Shown here: positions 1-32,977 of the stretch, piece by piece
How the letters are laid out: every line of letters starts with the position of its first letter
How positions within the stretch are numbered: position 1 is the stretch's first letter
Source: Hormiphora californensis
Taxonomy: Eukaryota; Animalia; Ctenophora
Length of the DNA stretch: 64,000 nt
Direction: 5' to 3'
NCBI GenBank assembly: GCA_020137815.1
Contig: CM035355.1
Location: 1,302,001 to 1,366,000 of the forward strand
Translations under genes and position numbers: made by a program
Notes under the pieces: model-generated
What the model saw: only the letters and a program-made list of their open reading frames with translations
Database searches by the model: none
Told to the model about the DNA's origin: nothing

Positions 1-390
1 CTGTGGTTATATCCAAAGTGTTGCTGTGGATACATCCAGAGTGTTGCTGTGGTTACATACCAAGTGTTGCTGTGGTTATATCCAAAGTGTTGCTGTGGTT
101 ATATCCAGAGTGTTGCTGTGGTTACATCTACAGTGTTGCTGTGGTTACATACCAAGTGTTGCTGTGGTTACATCCAGAGTGTTGCTGTGGTTACATCCAG
201 AGTGTTGCTGTGGTTACATACCAAGTGTTGCTGTGGTTACATACCAAGTGTTGCTGTGGTTACATACCAAGTGTTGCTGTGGTTATATCCAAAGTGTTGC
301 TGTGGTTACATACCAAGTGTTGCTGTGGTTACATCCAGTGTGTTGCTGTGGTTACATACCAAGTGTTGCTGTGGTTACATCTACAGTGTT
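1..390. repeat. 23-bp minisatellite (AGTGTTGCTGTGGTTACATACCA variants)
   Basis: About 17 tandem units are visible; they explain the repetitive Cys-rich ORFs in three frames. A degraded reverse-complement remnant lies at about 58320-58440. Confidence 0.95.
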
Positions 391-671
391 GTTCCTATCC
401 GGTTACCTTTATTTCACAACCCTCTAGAACCCTTCCAGCTTCCTGTGCGAATTTGACTCCAGTATTTATACTGCTCTTATCTATTCACCTGGCTACTGCG
501 CTAGCAGGACTCGTGTCTCATGTCCTTTCCATATTTTACTGCCCCTGGTTGTTATGTTCTAACCCTCCTTTACATTTGTAACACAGTCTAGCTAAGCAAG
601 CCCCTGGTACATTTGTTTAGTGGATTCCCACAAAAGTGACACGGTGACAAATTGTTTTTTAGTTGCTTATA

Positions 672-843
672 CAGTCGGACCCCGATTTAGGGACACCCTC
701 GGGGGAAAGGCTCTTGTCCACTAAATCGGGGTGTCTACTACTAAATCGGGGTCAAATAAGGTCAATTTCCTAATCGGGGGAAAAAATCCTGTCCCTAAAT
801 CGGGGTGCCACTAAATCGGGGCCCCTAAATCGGGGTCCGACTG
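672..843. mobile_element. MITE, Tc1/mariner-pogo-type (TA TSD)
   Basis: TA|CAGTCGGACCCCGATTTAG...CTAAATCGGGGTCCGACTG|TA, with internal CTAAATCGGGG repeats; more copies elsewhere in the window. Confidence 0.9.
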
Positions 844-1107
844 TATTGGAATCCTTCCAGTACGCGACTGATCATCACTATTCACATCATGTGAAGCATC
901 TATTATGTAATAGCCCCATGTGCAGTTTCGCCAGTCCATATAAGGATTTGCAATAGACATTGCCGCGTTTTATATGTTACCTTCTCTACATATCTCACTC
1001 AAGTACATTCTCTACAGTATAGTCTCTCATTTTTCTTATTTGACCCAACTCATTGCCTTTCCAAGCTAATATTACAGTATAGAGGCAGCCCAATACTGTT
1101 ATAGTAT

Positions 1108-1283
<176 letters not shown>

Positions 1284-1538
1284 GCTATCCCTCTATCCCT
1301 CTACCACCTACCACTCCCGTTGATTACCCTCCAGTCGGTATTTGTGTGGCGTGAGAGATCGCCAGTACATAATGATGTGAGAGTGTGAGCACTGAGCACA
1401 GAGCACAGAGAGAGATGTGAGCACAGAGCACTCTTTTGATGCATGTACTTTGTGTTACAACTTACAAGGGACCTACCTTTCTTATGTTTCTCATATGCGA
1501 TTCATTTTGATAGAGACGGATTTTGAGAAAGCGAGAGA

Positions 1539-1587
<49 letters not shown>

Positions 1588-3982
1588 TGGGAGAATATGG
1601 AGAGTTTGATTGTTTGATTGTTTGCTGTACTGATTTCAACAAGTCCCCTTCCTACAACAACAAGAAGTCCATAGTCGCCAGTAATTAAAACGGGAAAGCA
1701 ATATAGAGGCTATAGAGTATAGAGGCTATAGATGCTACTGTGGAGAGAGGGCTGAAAGCGTGTGATGCTTATATATACATATACAACATTGCTGTTATAC
1801 TTTACCCCTTTGCAATGAACACATTTTATTGTAGACAGTACTTTTATTTGTCTCTCTTTATCTCTATACACGATATAATCTCTCTTTTTCTTTTCTCTCT
1901 CTCTCTCTCTTTCTCTCTTTCTCTCTCTCTCTCTCTCTATCTCTCCCTCTATCTCTCTCTCTCTCTCTCTTCTTCTGACGTCACATTGACAAGTGTATTT
2001 CATCAGCTCCTCTTAGTACTACATCTTGTCGTTCTAGTTCCCATTATTGTTTTACTTTTGTAAATATTTTGGAAAGTTCTTCCAAGGATTTTCAGGGTTT
2101 TGCTTGTCATAACATAACTAGAAGATGTGGGTGTGATGTGCTCCCATTACTCTCTGTCTGACACAGCGCACACAAGTAAAAAGTCAGGAAGGAGCCCCAG
2201 ATAATGGAGCCAGCTAATTCCATCGACCATCTGTGCATATAAACATAACGAACTGTGTGTTTTTAAAGAGTAGGCGGTGTTTTCTACTAATCACGTTGCA
2301 TATGATGACTCCCGTGTGAAGAAAGTACACTATCTGCCAATGCGAAAGTCAAATTATTTGGCTGAATTATCTGGCGGCACTCCACGGCAGTTCTATCCGG
2401 CATCCGTAATCCGCAGCCTTAGTCTTTTTACCTTTGATTCGATGTTGACCTGACTTTTAATGAAGATCATCCCTTGATATGGAGTTTGTGCCGAATGCTA
2501 CCCGTTATCTAATAAATCTCACCCGCCTACAGATCTTCATTTTAGTTCGCCAACTTTTTAGCTCTCTCAAGTCTTAGAATATTCACTTTTGTCTCATTTT
2601 CGTTAAACTTCATTCTTATCTTCTTTACCGTTATGTGCCCAACAAAAGATAAGTCTTCCCCTCCTTCACACAACATGTAAGCTCGAATTTCACTCGAACA
2701 ATGCTTCTCCGCTTCTCTGCTTCTCGTCGCCTCCATCATGTACTGGGCATATGACTGTGTCCAATTCCTCAAGTCCTCTTATAGGTAGGTCATCAAGTCC
2801 TAATATAAGGTTTATTTTGATATCGTGGCTTTGCTGATAGGTGTTTTGGTTTTCTGTATCTGCTAAAGAGTGCTATTTATATTAAAATATGTTGGTGGTA
2901 ATTTTATATTTGTGTTTAGGAGTAGTCACATGCAACATGAAACCACGTGTACACACAATTCTACACACTCACAGAGCCTTTTGTTGACCTGCTCTTCGTG
3001 TGCGTGTTGAGATTATATTTCTCTGTTTTTATCGTCTACTTTTATGAAGGAGCACTATTTTCAAGGCACGTGTGTTCACTAGAATGTACAGTTTTCTGTG
3101 TACAGTATGAAGGGCTGGCTAAAGAAAGTTCGCCGTTGTTTTTGTGCTGCGTGCTGTTGCTGTTCTAAGTGCCACTACCAGTATCAAGAATTGTAAGTGG
3201 GCAAACTGGAAATTGGGCAATAAACATATTCCATATTAAAATTAGAATATTTGGGCAACATTTTAAATACAAATTGCAAAGCAAGACACAAAACATGCAT
3301 ATCATGCCAAAACTTGACAAATTAGACAAATTGAAAACACATATTGTTTTTATGCGTTGTTTTATGCATGTTCAACAAACCAGCAACAAGCAGTGCAAAG
3401 CACGCAAAAAACCTCTGTGTGTGACACAGAACACCTCGAGTTGCTGCTGCAGTACATCTCTGTGTGTATGTGTACTCAAAGGCTAATTATACGACGCCGA
3501 ATTATCACTCTACATTCCTTGTTTTGCCGTGTGTTGCTGCTCTGGAGCGTCCCCTGCTACAGTGTTGTATAACCTAGTGACATGGAGCCGCAACAACAAC
3601 AGCAGATGGGTGTCGCTCAGCTACTAGTAGGGGTATCGGACCTCGTATCTCTTTCTCACCTTCCCGCATCAGATCCCGTTCAACAGTGAGATGCAGAAAA
3701 CACTTTTTTAAATTTGATTGCTCGCAAAAATTGGAATAAATTTGTAGAATGAAAATCTTGATCGAACATTTTGGCCATGTTTTAATTTTCATTGCAATCA
3801 TAATTCATGTTTGGAGATGGTGGAGGCTGGTGGTGTGTCATGTCACACCCGCCAACACCATTGGTATGAACAATGAAACCAAGAATGATTCATGTTCTCC
3901 ATGATTCTCAAAATGAAAAGTGTCACTATTCCACAACTCAAGTTTTACTTGTTCCTTTCTAACCCGGTCATCATTCTATCAG

Positions 3983-19603
<15,621 letters not shown>

Positions 19604-19706
19604 CAGAAGGGCCATACATTATTAAACTGCGAATTTGTTGTGAGAGACTCTCAGAGAGAGAGGGGGGAGAGGAGAGAGAAGGAGATGAGAGAGCAAGAGA
19701 GAGGAG

Positions 19707-19738
<32 letters not shown>

Positions 19739-19777
19739 TAGAGAGAGCGAGAGAGAGAGAGAGAGAGAGGAGAGAGA

Positions 19778-19808
<31 letters not shown>

Positions 19809-19827
19809 GAGAGAGGAGAAGAGAGAG

Positions 19828-19862
<35 letters not shown>

Positions 19863-20786
19863 TTGTTTGTGCGTGGTTCAAATGTAGATTTTTATTGGAG
19901 TTCTTTTAGCTACGTTAAATAATTGAATTATGTAAAACTGTACAGCAGAGATTGTTCAGCAGATATACAATGCACATACATTTCCACAATTACCGTGCTC
20001 CTTGTAGTGGGAATACGGTGTCTGAATAATTCGGTATTTGACCATTACGGTTTCTGAAATATATATATGTATTTGAAATACATATATATTTCGGTATCAC
20101 GTGTTGTCAATCTGGCGCTCTGATTGGTCTCGTCTTAACGTTTTTCACTGGTACCGTGTTGAATCGATACTGTATTCTCACTACAAGCACCCATGATACA
20201 GCCTGAAACTATATGATATCACTCAGTGATTGTCCATTGTATGACTACGTCTAGTTAAGCCCATGTTATTCCTATTTAGTGTTTCAGCTGTTCTCCGTCA
20301 GTATTTTAGTGCAGAAGTGTCTTATAACCGAGAAAGAACGAGGACAAAGAAAGGAGGATGTTGCTATAAAATTATTGACCATTATCATATGATTATGTAA
20401 ATGCAGAAAGTTTTGGGAAACTGTTATGGGTCATTTGATTTGCGATGTCTGACAAGCTGGGAGTGCACGTGTGTTAATGTGACACTGAATTAGAGTGAGA
20501 GAATTGAAATGTTCATTTGTAAATTTAACCAAAATTTAATGCTATAATTATGCATCACTCTTTAATTTAGGTATAAACCTTTTAACAAACACCGCTTATT
20601 ATTTTGTTGGGGCAGTAAACACCGCGCCCTCCGTCTATGAGACGGAGGGCGCAGAGCTTCTGAAGTGGCTCCCACGCGCGCAGATTTGATTGTGAGACTC
20701 GCTTGGCGCGGAAATAAACAAAATCATCTGCCGCGTGGTGCAGCGCAGCAATTCATCTCAAGCTCAAAACCAGAACGAACAAATTC

Positions 20787-21826
20787 GGTAAGTCGGAAGA
20801 ACGTGTCCGTTTGTCTCATGAGGCCTCATGAGGCGCCTCATGAGACCTCATGAGGCACTCATGAGGCGCCTCATGAGGCCTCATGAGACATTTTCAGCTG
20901 TTTTAGTGCCTCATGAGGCCTCATGAGACATCATGAGGCGCCTCATGAGGCCTCATGAGACATGTGCCTCATGAGACACTGCTCATGAGGCCTCATGAGA
21001 CATGTGCCTCATCCCGACTTTGTTTTGATGTCTCATGAGGCCTCATGAGCAGTTTTGACATGAGGCATGTCTCATGAGGCCTCATGAGGCATATCTCATG
21101 ATACCTTAAAGTTAGTATAGCTATAGGATTAGGGTTAGGGTTAGGGTTAGGGTTAGAGTTAGGACCGGGTTTCGGTTCCAGTTAGGAGTACGAACCTAAC
21201 CACTAAGCCCTAACCACTAAGCCTAGGGGTTAACCCCAACCAATAGGCGTAGGCCTAGAAGTCTATCCTTAACCCTAACAGTAACACTAACCCTAACCTT
21301 AATCCTAATACCAATATAAAGTTAGGGTTAGGATTAGTGTTTGGGTTAAGGATTGAACCCTAGGACTTGGACCTAGGTTTATCATATTGTCATAAAAGTT
21401 TGGGGTTAACCCCTAGGCCTAGTGGTTAGGCTCGTACCCCTAACTGGAACCGAAACCCGGTGCTAACTCTAACCCTAGCCTTAACCCTATGGCTATACTA
21501 ACTCTAAGGTGTCATGAGATATGCCTCATGAGGCCTCATGAGACATGCCTCATGTCAAAACTGCTCATGAGGCCTCATGAGACATCAAAACAAAGTCGGG
21601 ATGAGGCACATGTCTCATGAGGCCTCATGAGCAGTGTCTCATGAGGCACATGTCTCATGAGGCCTCATAAGGCGCCTCATGATGTCTCATGAGGCCTCAT
21701 GAGGCACTAAAACAGCTGAAAATGTCTCATGAGGCCTCATGAGGCGCCTCATGAGTGCCTCATGAGGTCTCATGAGGCGCCTCATGAGGCCTCATGAGAC
21801 AAACGGACACGTTCTTCCGACTTACC
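20787..21826. mobile_element. Foldback element, Merlin-like (8-bp TSD, GGTAAG termini)
   Basis: ACAAATTC|GGTAAGTCGGAAGAACG...CGTTCTTCCGACTTACC|ACAAATTC; arms of about 430-450 bp made of CTCATGAG arrays; TTAGGG-rich interior. Confidence 0.85.
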
Positions 21827-22147
21827 ACAAATTCACCACTTTTTTAAATTTCGCTTTCCTGGTTTTGTCAAAAAATAAAAACATTGCCTTCCTTGGAATG
21901 CGCTGCAGCCCCCTCATGCGCGCACCCCCGCATATTATATTATAAGGGGCCTGCAACGTATGCCAATTGCCTTCCCACCATTTAGACCCCCGGTCCTCAT
22001 GCTGGACGCCCGAAGTCTCGAAAAGCCAAATCCAAAGATCGATAACCCTACTTCCCAGTTCCATCTTCCGGTCAGCTAATAACTAATTTCCATACTGCAG
22101 TACCCCATAACCTATCAGATTTCTTTAATGACTGAGATGAATGATAT

Positions 22148-22389
22148 GGCCAGCGTTAAAATCTGGGTGTTTTGGGAGTGCTGACAAACGGTTTTTAGGG
22201 TTAGGGCTAAAGTAGGGTTAGGGTTGGGGTTTGGTTTGGGGTTAGGCCTTGACATTCCCTACCATATAAACTTTGAATCAGCCAAAACGATTGAGTGATT
22301 TGGCGGTTAGAGCCATTTTAGTGAATCAACTTTTTTTGGCAGTGTGCACCTGTAAACAGGCCTCAAAACACCCAGATCGTAACGGCGCC
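22148..22389. mobile_element. Small TIR element with TTAGGG-like core
   Basis: GGCCAGCGTTAAAATCTGGGTGTTTTG / CAAAACACCCAGATCGTAACGGCGCC imperfect TIRs. Confidence 0.55.
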
Positions 22390-22411
22390 CAAATAATATG
22401 ACCTCTACAGG

Positions 22412-25607
<3,196 letters not shown>

Positions 25608-27135
25608 GGTAGGAGAGAGATATGGGCGATTTGGGGGAGATATGAGGGAGATTTGGGGAAGAGAGATGGGGAATTGGGGGAAAAAGGTTTGGGTGGGGGA
25701 ATGGGAAGTTCGGGAGGGGGTGGTTGTTAGGGGCTCAAAGTTCATTATTATCTTCTACAAAGTAAATATATGACGTTTTCTGTTGCGAATAATTAGATCA
25801 CTTATAATAATATGGAGTCACTAAATATAGATACCTTTTAAAATATTTACAACTATCAACCTTCACTCTTTATATTGATCTTTTTTGCAACTCGTTGTCC
25901 TGTTTATTACTGTTCCCCGCGGAGCAACACAGTATTCGCCCATGTGTGTGGCCGTGTGTCTTATCTCTGAGACTCTGTAATTTAGTAACCCATGGTTACG
26001 GCCACCACGGTGTTTCATAGGGGGGGGGGCAGATAACACAGATAATCAGGGCGATTCATGGACGCAGTCGAGCACGGATCCGTGAATAATATTCCCATAT
26101 ATTATATGAATGAGTGTGATGATTATGCATCATTTTACCGACGTGTAAAATATTGAGGGATATATCATGATAGGTCTGCAACACACGTGTGGACAAATTG
26201 AATAGGGTTGTTATGATACTGGAGCTGCCTTTGGAGGTCATTTGGAGGAAACAAAAAGTAGCATCATCATTATTGTCATGTCTCTACAAAAGAAAGTGCG
26301 CCTGGTGGACGGCATGGTTTTTGTGGAACTCATCAGCTGATCATCATTGTTGATCAGTAAGTTCCCCCTTACTCAACAAGATCATCCAATGGAATGGTGC
26401 TATTTTTTGGTCAAGTCGTGTAGGAAAGACCACGTTTCCCTTTCTAATTGTTGCCATTACAGAACGCGTTCCAGCCATGCTGCACAGCGTACATGTATGT
26501 ATCCGGGTCCATACTACCTATACCTCCCTATACCTATTGTCCGATCCAGCTCTCCCTCAGTTCCCCATTGACTCCGTTCTTCCCCCTATTTCACACTCTT
26601 AATGTCTCTGTTCTCCCTCTCTTTCACCTACAGATACATCTCGCCACAAAGACGCAGAGATTTAAACCTTAGAACAGATCATTTAGATCTAGAGAGGGAA
26701 CAATTTTACCACACACAAGGACTGCACGTATCTCTCTGCTGATTCAGTCTGGATACGAATGAACATGGATCATTATACGATCTCCAATAACTGTGCAGTG
26801 GACCGTGACTGTCTCAAATACCTCTCTCAGTGACAGTATATCTCTTTCGAATTGTTCTTCCTCAGAGAGACAACGATAATAGATAAGAGCTCTATTTCTG
26901 AGGAAGTGAGTTATGATAAGTTGTCGTATATAGATCATAGAATATGATGATGATTGTTGTTTCTTGATAAAACACCTAACATGGCCACCATTAACATACA
27001 TCATTCGGATCTAATGGCCTCGTGGCGACTACCTAGTATAGCCTAACGGTTCCATTAACTTAGGTAACAGAATATACATTTATACATCACCATCTTTTTC
27101 TCTCTCATTCTTTCTCTCTCTCATTCTCTCTCTCT

Positions 27136-27215
<80 letters not shown>

Positions 27216-27327
27216 TCCTCTCTCTTAATATCTCTGCATCTCCGCTTCATTTCCTACCAGCACCAGCACCGTGGGGGAGCGTACAGTGCCTGGTTGCTAT
27301 AGCGACTATATGGAGCACCACTCACTA

Positions 27328-27415
<88 letters not shown>

Positions 27416-29263
27416 GTTCTATCGGAGCTCGCTTGTTTACTTGCCCTCGTATATTTCGAACGTTGGGAACTACGAAGTTCGCAGTCTATCTTGCTCCTAT
27501 ATCGTAACGTGATATAAACTGATAATAAGTCTAGAACTCCGATTATCGAAAAAGCAGATAGAGTGAGAGATGAGAGAGACGGAGAAAGAAAGGAGAAAGT
27601 AATACGGCGTGACTGCGGTTTAGCAAAATCGGCAAATTAACCGCCTACATGAACAGATTAAAGTGAGAGAATTAGCAATTGTGGTTTCAACTTAGGCTTT
27701 TGATCAGCTTGGTCATCAGAGTGAGGTTACAATTAGTTAGCCACTATACTCCAGTCTCCACTAGTAGATTCTTTAGTTCGTGATCTCCATCCTTTCTCTT
27801 TTGTGTTCCTTGGTGTGATGATCTAGGATGATCTATAGGATGTTTAGTGGTTAGTGGTTAGAAGTGGAGAATTTCGACCAGTCCGAAGTTGTTCCCTGTT
27901 ATGAAGATTCTTCTGAGGTCATTCCTGGACATTTCCTGCACAAGTCATAAGTTGTTTATATCTCAGTCTCTTTCTGGACGTGAATATAATAGTTTTGAGC
28001 TTTGCACGGCCATTTATACCATGCTATTTACCGATTTTTGGCATTGCTCTACCCTCTTTCCCCGTGCCCCGAGAGAAATATAAGGGTTTGAACAAAACAA
28101 CCAATATTTACTTGTACAGGAACTCTTAACTTCATCTTGCTTGATCAGTTGATCCTTGGCCTCAATTTCCTATTGATAATCAGATTGGATCATCTATAAA
28201 TTGTTTTATTAACCACCGTCTACTGCGGTAGACCTAATTGCTAGCTAATTTCCATAACCACCATGCCCCTGGGATGGTAAACATGTTGTATACATGAGTT
28301 AGTTTAATTGATGATAGCTGTATAACTTCATAATCGGCTGCCCGTGACTTTAAATATAGCGATCCAATTAATCTGCACTCACTTTATTTCTGTCGTTATA
28401 TTTTGTTCGATCGTGAGTGACTTCCTGAGAACTTCATACAAACTCCTAATTTTAACAGCTTTCTCGAACAGTTAGCAATCAATTCTCTCTCGAATTGCAG
28501 TTATTTGAAGTTTCTGTTGCCAGCTCTATTGAGAAGCTGCTGGACTGCATTAAGTTATTAGTTTAGCACCGTATTTAAATATTGAAAAGGGGAGGGGTCG
28601 TTGTTTTATTTGAGAAGAGATAGAGAGAGCATCGAGTACGGGTGTTGGGAGAGCTCCCGTCCTGTTTTTCATCTCTCACGTTGTACTCCATCCTTCTAGG
28701 CGTGTTTTCTAGCTGGTAAAAAGATACGAGGCCACGAACTATCCCACCCTCTCAAGGAATACCTTACACAGGTAATACAGTGTTCATTCATTGGTACAGG
28801 CTTCAGTTTTGTAAAGTCAGTCAGACTTCTTTATGGAATCGATCCCAAATGTCAACTCAACTTCTTAGGATCTTACAAATTAACACACATTGATCCAATG
28901 TTATTTAGGGGAGAGATAGATTCATCCAGAGTGAAATAAATAAACTACCTCAGGCAGAGCAAGAAAAGCTAATGGTTTTGTTCCTGTTCCGTAAAATAAA
29001 TGTATACCTAGGAGGCTGTGCACGAATAAATACGTATTCTGTGTACATTGTACAATGTACAAACCATGGGGTCAAGAAAGAGAGAGTGAGAAAAATAGAG
29101 AGCCCAGCTAGAGTGAGAGAGAGATAAATATAATATAGATAGAGAGTCAGAGAGAGATCTAGAATGCCATCATCCAATGTGCCCCACACACCCTCTCCAC
29201 TTCTCCTCCTACATTTGTTACGTGTGTTGTACCTCACTATGCCATCTCTACCAGAAATTAACC

Positions 29264-30946
29264 ATGCCCGGTATCCTGAGAATGAAACAAGATCAGGCTC
29301 TGGATAGCAGTTATATTGGTGATAACTGTGGTTGGGGCTCTGTTCCTGGTGACTACCAGCAAGATCAATAACAAGGCAAGGGCCTATACACTCGGACAAG
29401 TACAGGGTCAAGGATATGAAGGTGGGGGGAGAGAGCTGCAGTTGCTGGCAGTGCAATATAGTAGGAGCCATGGGAATATATGTGCTGTGATTTGTGTGAT
29501 TTATTGGTTACGAAATTATCCCGCAGATAAGTGGTTATTTCGTGATCCATGAGTGCTTTTAGTGGTTGAGCTCTACAGAACCAATCAAAATAATGCTCGC
29601 TGCAACCATGATTATTATAGCTGCTACCATTTCACCATACTACACTTTGATTCTCTCTAACATCCTCCCTATTGATAATCAGGTTGAAGATAGACCGATG
29701 TATACGGGAGGTGGATTTAATGAGTTTGTCGGGCTAAATGAGAGTGACCCCCACGGACCTAAACTGATAAATGTAAAGCACGTGTCTAAATCAAAGAAGG
29801 ACGGTGGCAAATCTGTTGATGATGATTTTCTTGTTTTTGAAGCAAAAGTGGAGATTTTAGGGAATATCATGCATTACAGGTATTAAAAATATCTTAAAAC
29901 TTTTTGCTACCAGCACAAATATGCAAACTCCTAGTCCTATTATTCCAGTTTTGTTATGCTCTTCTCACCAAGTAAAAACTACTATTCTTTCATCAGAGAG
30001 GCAAGTAACGGTTGGATTCCTAAGGCCAATGTCATGCTATTTACCGGTCAACACTTCACAACCTCCATATGGAACGATATTGGGACCATGGAGGATCTTG
30101 CCTCGCTGGGGTACAGAGTGGTGGCTCTGGAGCTACCTGGACATGGTCTGTCCCATGTGGATCCAGAACAGCAGATCAGAGTTGCAGAGTATATCAAACT
30201 GTTCATTCAGGTATGTGGAATAGGTTCTAGTTTTGATTCCTCTTCTTCTCAGATCTCAACTCAAATAACACCTTCAACTTATACCTTGGCAACATAATCG
30301 ATCTCTCTATCAATACTCCCAACTTTCAGCATTTAGATCTCTACAGACCGGGTCTGGTGGTCTTATCTTGTGATGTTAGCAACTCAGATGTTATGGAATA
30401 CTTCATCAGATACAGCAAAACTAGCCCTCTACTAAAGGGGTGAGTGCAGTTGGGAATGGTACAATCTCTCTTTCCGAACTTTGTGCTGTTCAGATCGTTT
30501 CAACCCCATTAACCCCCCCCCCTCCCCCCATACCCCCAATTATTGACTCCACCCCTCCTCCTCCAGGTTGATAGTTATTGACGCTGCTGCTGAGCAGTTT
30601 ACCAGCCAAGACAGGGTCCTTGGTGCCTCCATCGAATCCCAAACTCTCTTTCTCTGCGGAGGAACGTGAGTTTACAGATCCCTAGTTCCTTCCATAATAA
30701 CCTTCTGTAACCACTACTTTTTACTGTACAACCTGATTGCTGGTATAAATCCAAAAAACCTCTTTATTCTGCAGAGATAATGATTGCCAGACGAGTGCCA
30801 ATGATTGGGCCCGGAACATTCCAAATTCTCGTGTTCACGCCTTCTCTAATGCCTATAGAGAGTTCTACAATGGGGATCCAGTAGTTTTTAATACGATTTT
30901 GAAGCGGTTCTTGGAGTACGTGTCAGCGAGACCAGTACAAGCTTAA
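29264..30946 (+). CDS. ABHD14A: ABHD14A-like alpha/beta-hydrolase with N-terminal signal anchor; probable pseudoenzyme
   Basis: MPGILRM(N)KIRLWIAVILVITVVGALFLV (one-base frameshift; probable GC donor), then VMLFTGQHFTTSIWNDIGTMEDLASLGYRVVALELPGHG, RPGLVVLSCDVS, TLFLCGGTD, IPNSRVHAFSNAYREFY...RPVQA*. Collinear with ABHD14. Confidence 0.8.
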
Positions 30947-31647
30947 ACTTGTGTGGTGGACTATATTGTATCGGAACTATTGGGTTGTGTGGGGGGTCAG
31001 AATCTTTCAGGGCTGTTCAGACAATTGTTTTGTTGGAAATGGGAGGGGGGCGTATTCATATTGTAACGTTTGTCTGAGTTGTTTTTTTTTCAGATGATAA
31101 AACGAGCTTATTCATCGCCTACCACTTAGCTTGGCTTAGTTAATCGCAAAAGTTCAATCTGGCCGCCATCATCACGCCCATTTCCACGTTTGGCGTCTTC
31201 TGGAGCGAGTTATTGCGTCTGAAAGTTGGTGATGGAACGCGCGATGACGATACTGTGATCTGTCCCGCGCAAACTTTTCCCACGCTGGTCTCAAGACGGG
31301 GCGCGCTTTTCCAACACGCGCATCACTCAGTTTAAAACCGCGCGCTGGCATGGTTTTAAAATTGTCAGATTTAAAAAACTCAATTTTGAGTTTTGCCAAA
31401 ATTGAAAATCAAAAGTTTTTGCTAAGATCTTGTCCACTTTGCACTGTTTGCTGATTGTATAGGCTTATGCTAATATCAAGTGAAGTATTGTCAGACTATC
31501 TGCTATTTTATTAGTTTTAACAAGGCTCAAATTTCGCTGGGATCGTGAATGTTTCACCCGTTGTATGTGCCATAAGGGTCACTGAGGTGATAGACCAGTG
31601 TGTTTTGTGAAAAGAGCTCTCTTTTTATAACCCACATTATAAATCTA

Positions 31648-32977
31648 TAGTCAGGGCATATGATGGTAGATTTTCGGCATAATTGTTATAAAGCTAATTC
31701 CACTTCTAGGAGGTCCTATTGGGTCCCTAGAACCACCAAAAAAAATGTTCGCGATTTGGTGGATGAAGAAGTTGGGTTTCCGGGCCACGCCCTTCTACTA
31801 ACTTTTTAGCCTAAGGCATAAAAACGCCAAAACTGTGCTTAGGGTAGGAGTAGGGACAAAATCAAGGGCACTAGAGTGTTCAGCGTCTTCGCATTAGTGG
31901 GGGTAGGTGCTGAAATTAAGTCTCTATCTCATCTGGTTAATTAGATAATTGGATAATTAGCTCTGTGCATAGCCGTTTTTGGCCATATGGCTATAGCCAT
32001 ATTAGGAAAGGAGTAGAGACAAAACCGAGGGCACTAAAGTGTTCAGCGTCCTCGAATTAGTGGGGGTAGGTGCTGGAATTAAGTCTCTATCTCATCTGGT
32101 TAATTAGATAATTGGATAATTAGGTCTGGGCATAGCCATTTTTGGCCATATGGCTATAGCCACTTAGGAATGGTTTATCGACTTTTCATTGGTGCCATTT
32201 TGTTCAGAAAAAAATTTCAATCTAAGAGTCGTGGAAAAATTTAGAGCCTATCTCTTACCGTTTTGGCGTTATTTGCGGTCAAAGTATGCCAAATCAGCCG
32301 AAAAAGCCAAAAATATTAGTTAATTGGCCTACTTTGACCGCAAATAACGCCAAAACGGTAAGAGATAGGCTCTATATTTTTCCACAACTCTTAGATTGAA
32401 ATTTTTTTCTGAACAAAATGGCACCAATGAAAAGTCGATAAACCATTCCTAAGTGGCTATAGCCATATGGCCAAAAATGGCTATACCCAGACCTAATTAT
32501 CCAATTATCTAATTAACCAGATGAGATAGAGACTTAATTCCAGCACCTACCCCACTAATTCGAGGACGCTGAACACTTTAGTGCCCTCGGTTTTGTCTCT
32601 ACTCCTTTCCTAACATGGCTATAGCCATATGGCCAAAAACGGCTATGCGCAGAGCTAACTATCCAATTATATAATTAACCAGATGAGATAGAGACTTAAT
32701 TCCAGCACCTACCCCCACTAATGCGAGGACGCTGAATACTCTAGTGCCCTTGATTTTGTCCCTACTCCTACCCTAAGCACAGTTTTGGCGTTTTTATGCC
32801 TTAGGCTAAAAAGTTAGTAGAAGGGCGTGGCCCGGAAACCCAACTTCTTCATCCACCAAATCGCGAACATTTTTTTTGGTGGTTCTAGGGACCTAATAGG
32901 ACCTCCTAAAAGTGGAATTAGCTTTATAACAATTATGCCGAAAATCACCATGAAATTGACATCATATGCCCTGACTA
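31648..32977. mobile_element. Foldback element with arms of about 640 bp
   Basis: TAGTCAGGGCATATGATG...CATCATATGCCCTGACTA flanked by CTA on both sides (or a TA TSD); each arm holds two subrepeats of about 170 bp; short central spacer at about 32287-32329. Confidence 0.88.

Noticed and set aside
1-581. Cys-rich repetitive ORFs or a CRISPR-like array
   Set aside because: A 23-bp tandem minisatellite without unique spacers, open in three frames by chance; eukaryotic context.
2290-2772. Minus-strand 76-aa ORF and adjacent coding-like sequence
   Set aside because: No identifiable domain, interrupted by stops, and the inverted copy is too noisy to confirm it.
21129-21152. True telomere or chromosome-fusion site
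   Set aside because: Only about four perfect units, embedded within a TSD-flanked transposon.
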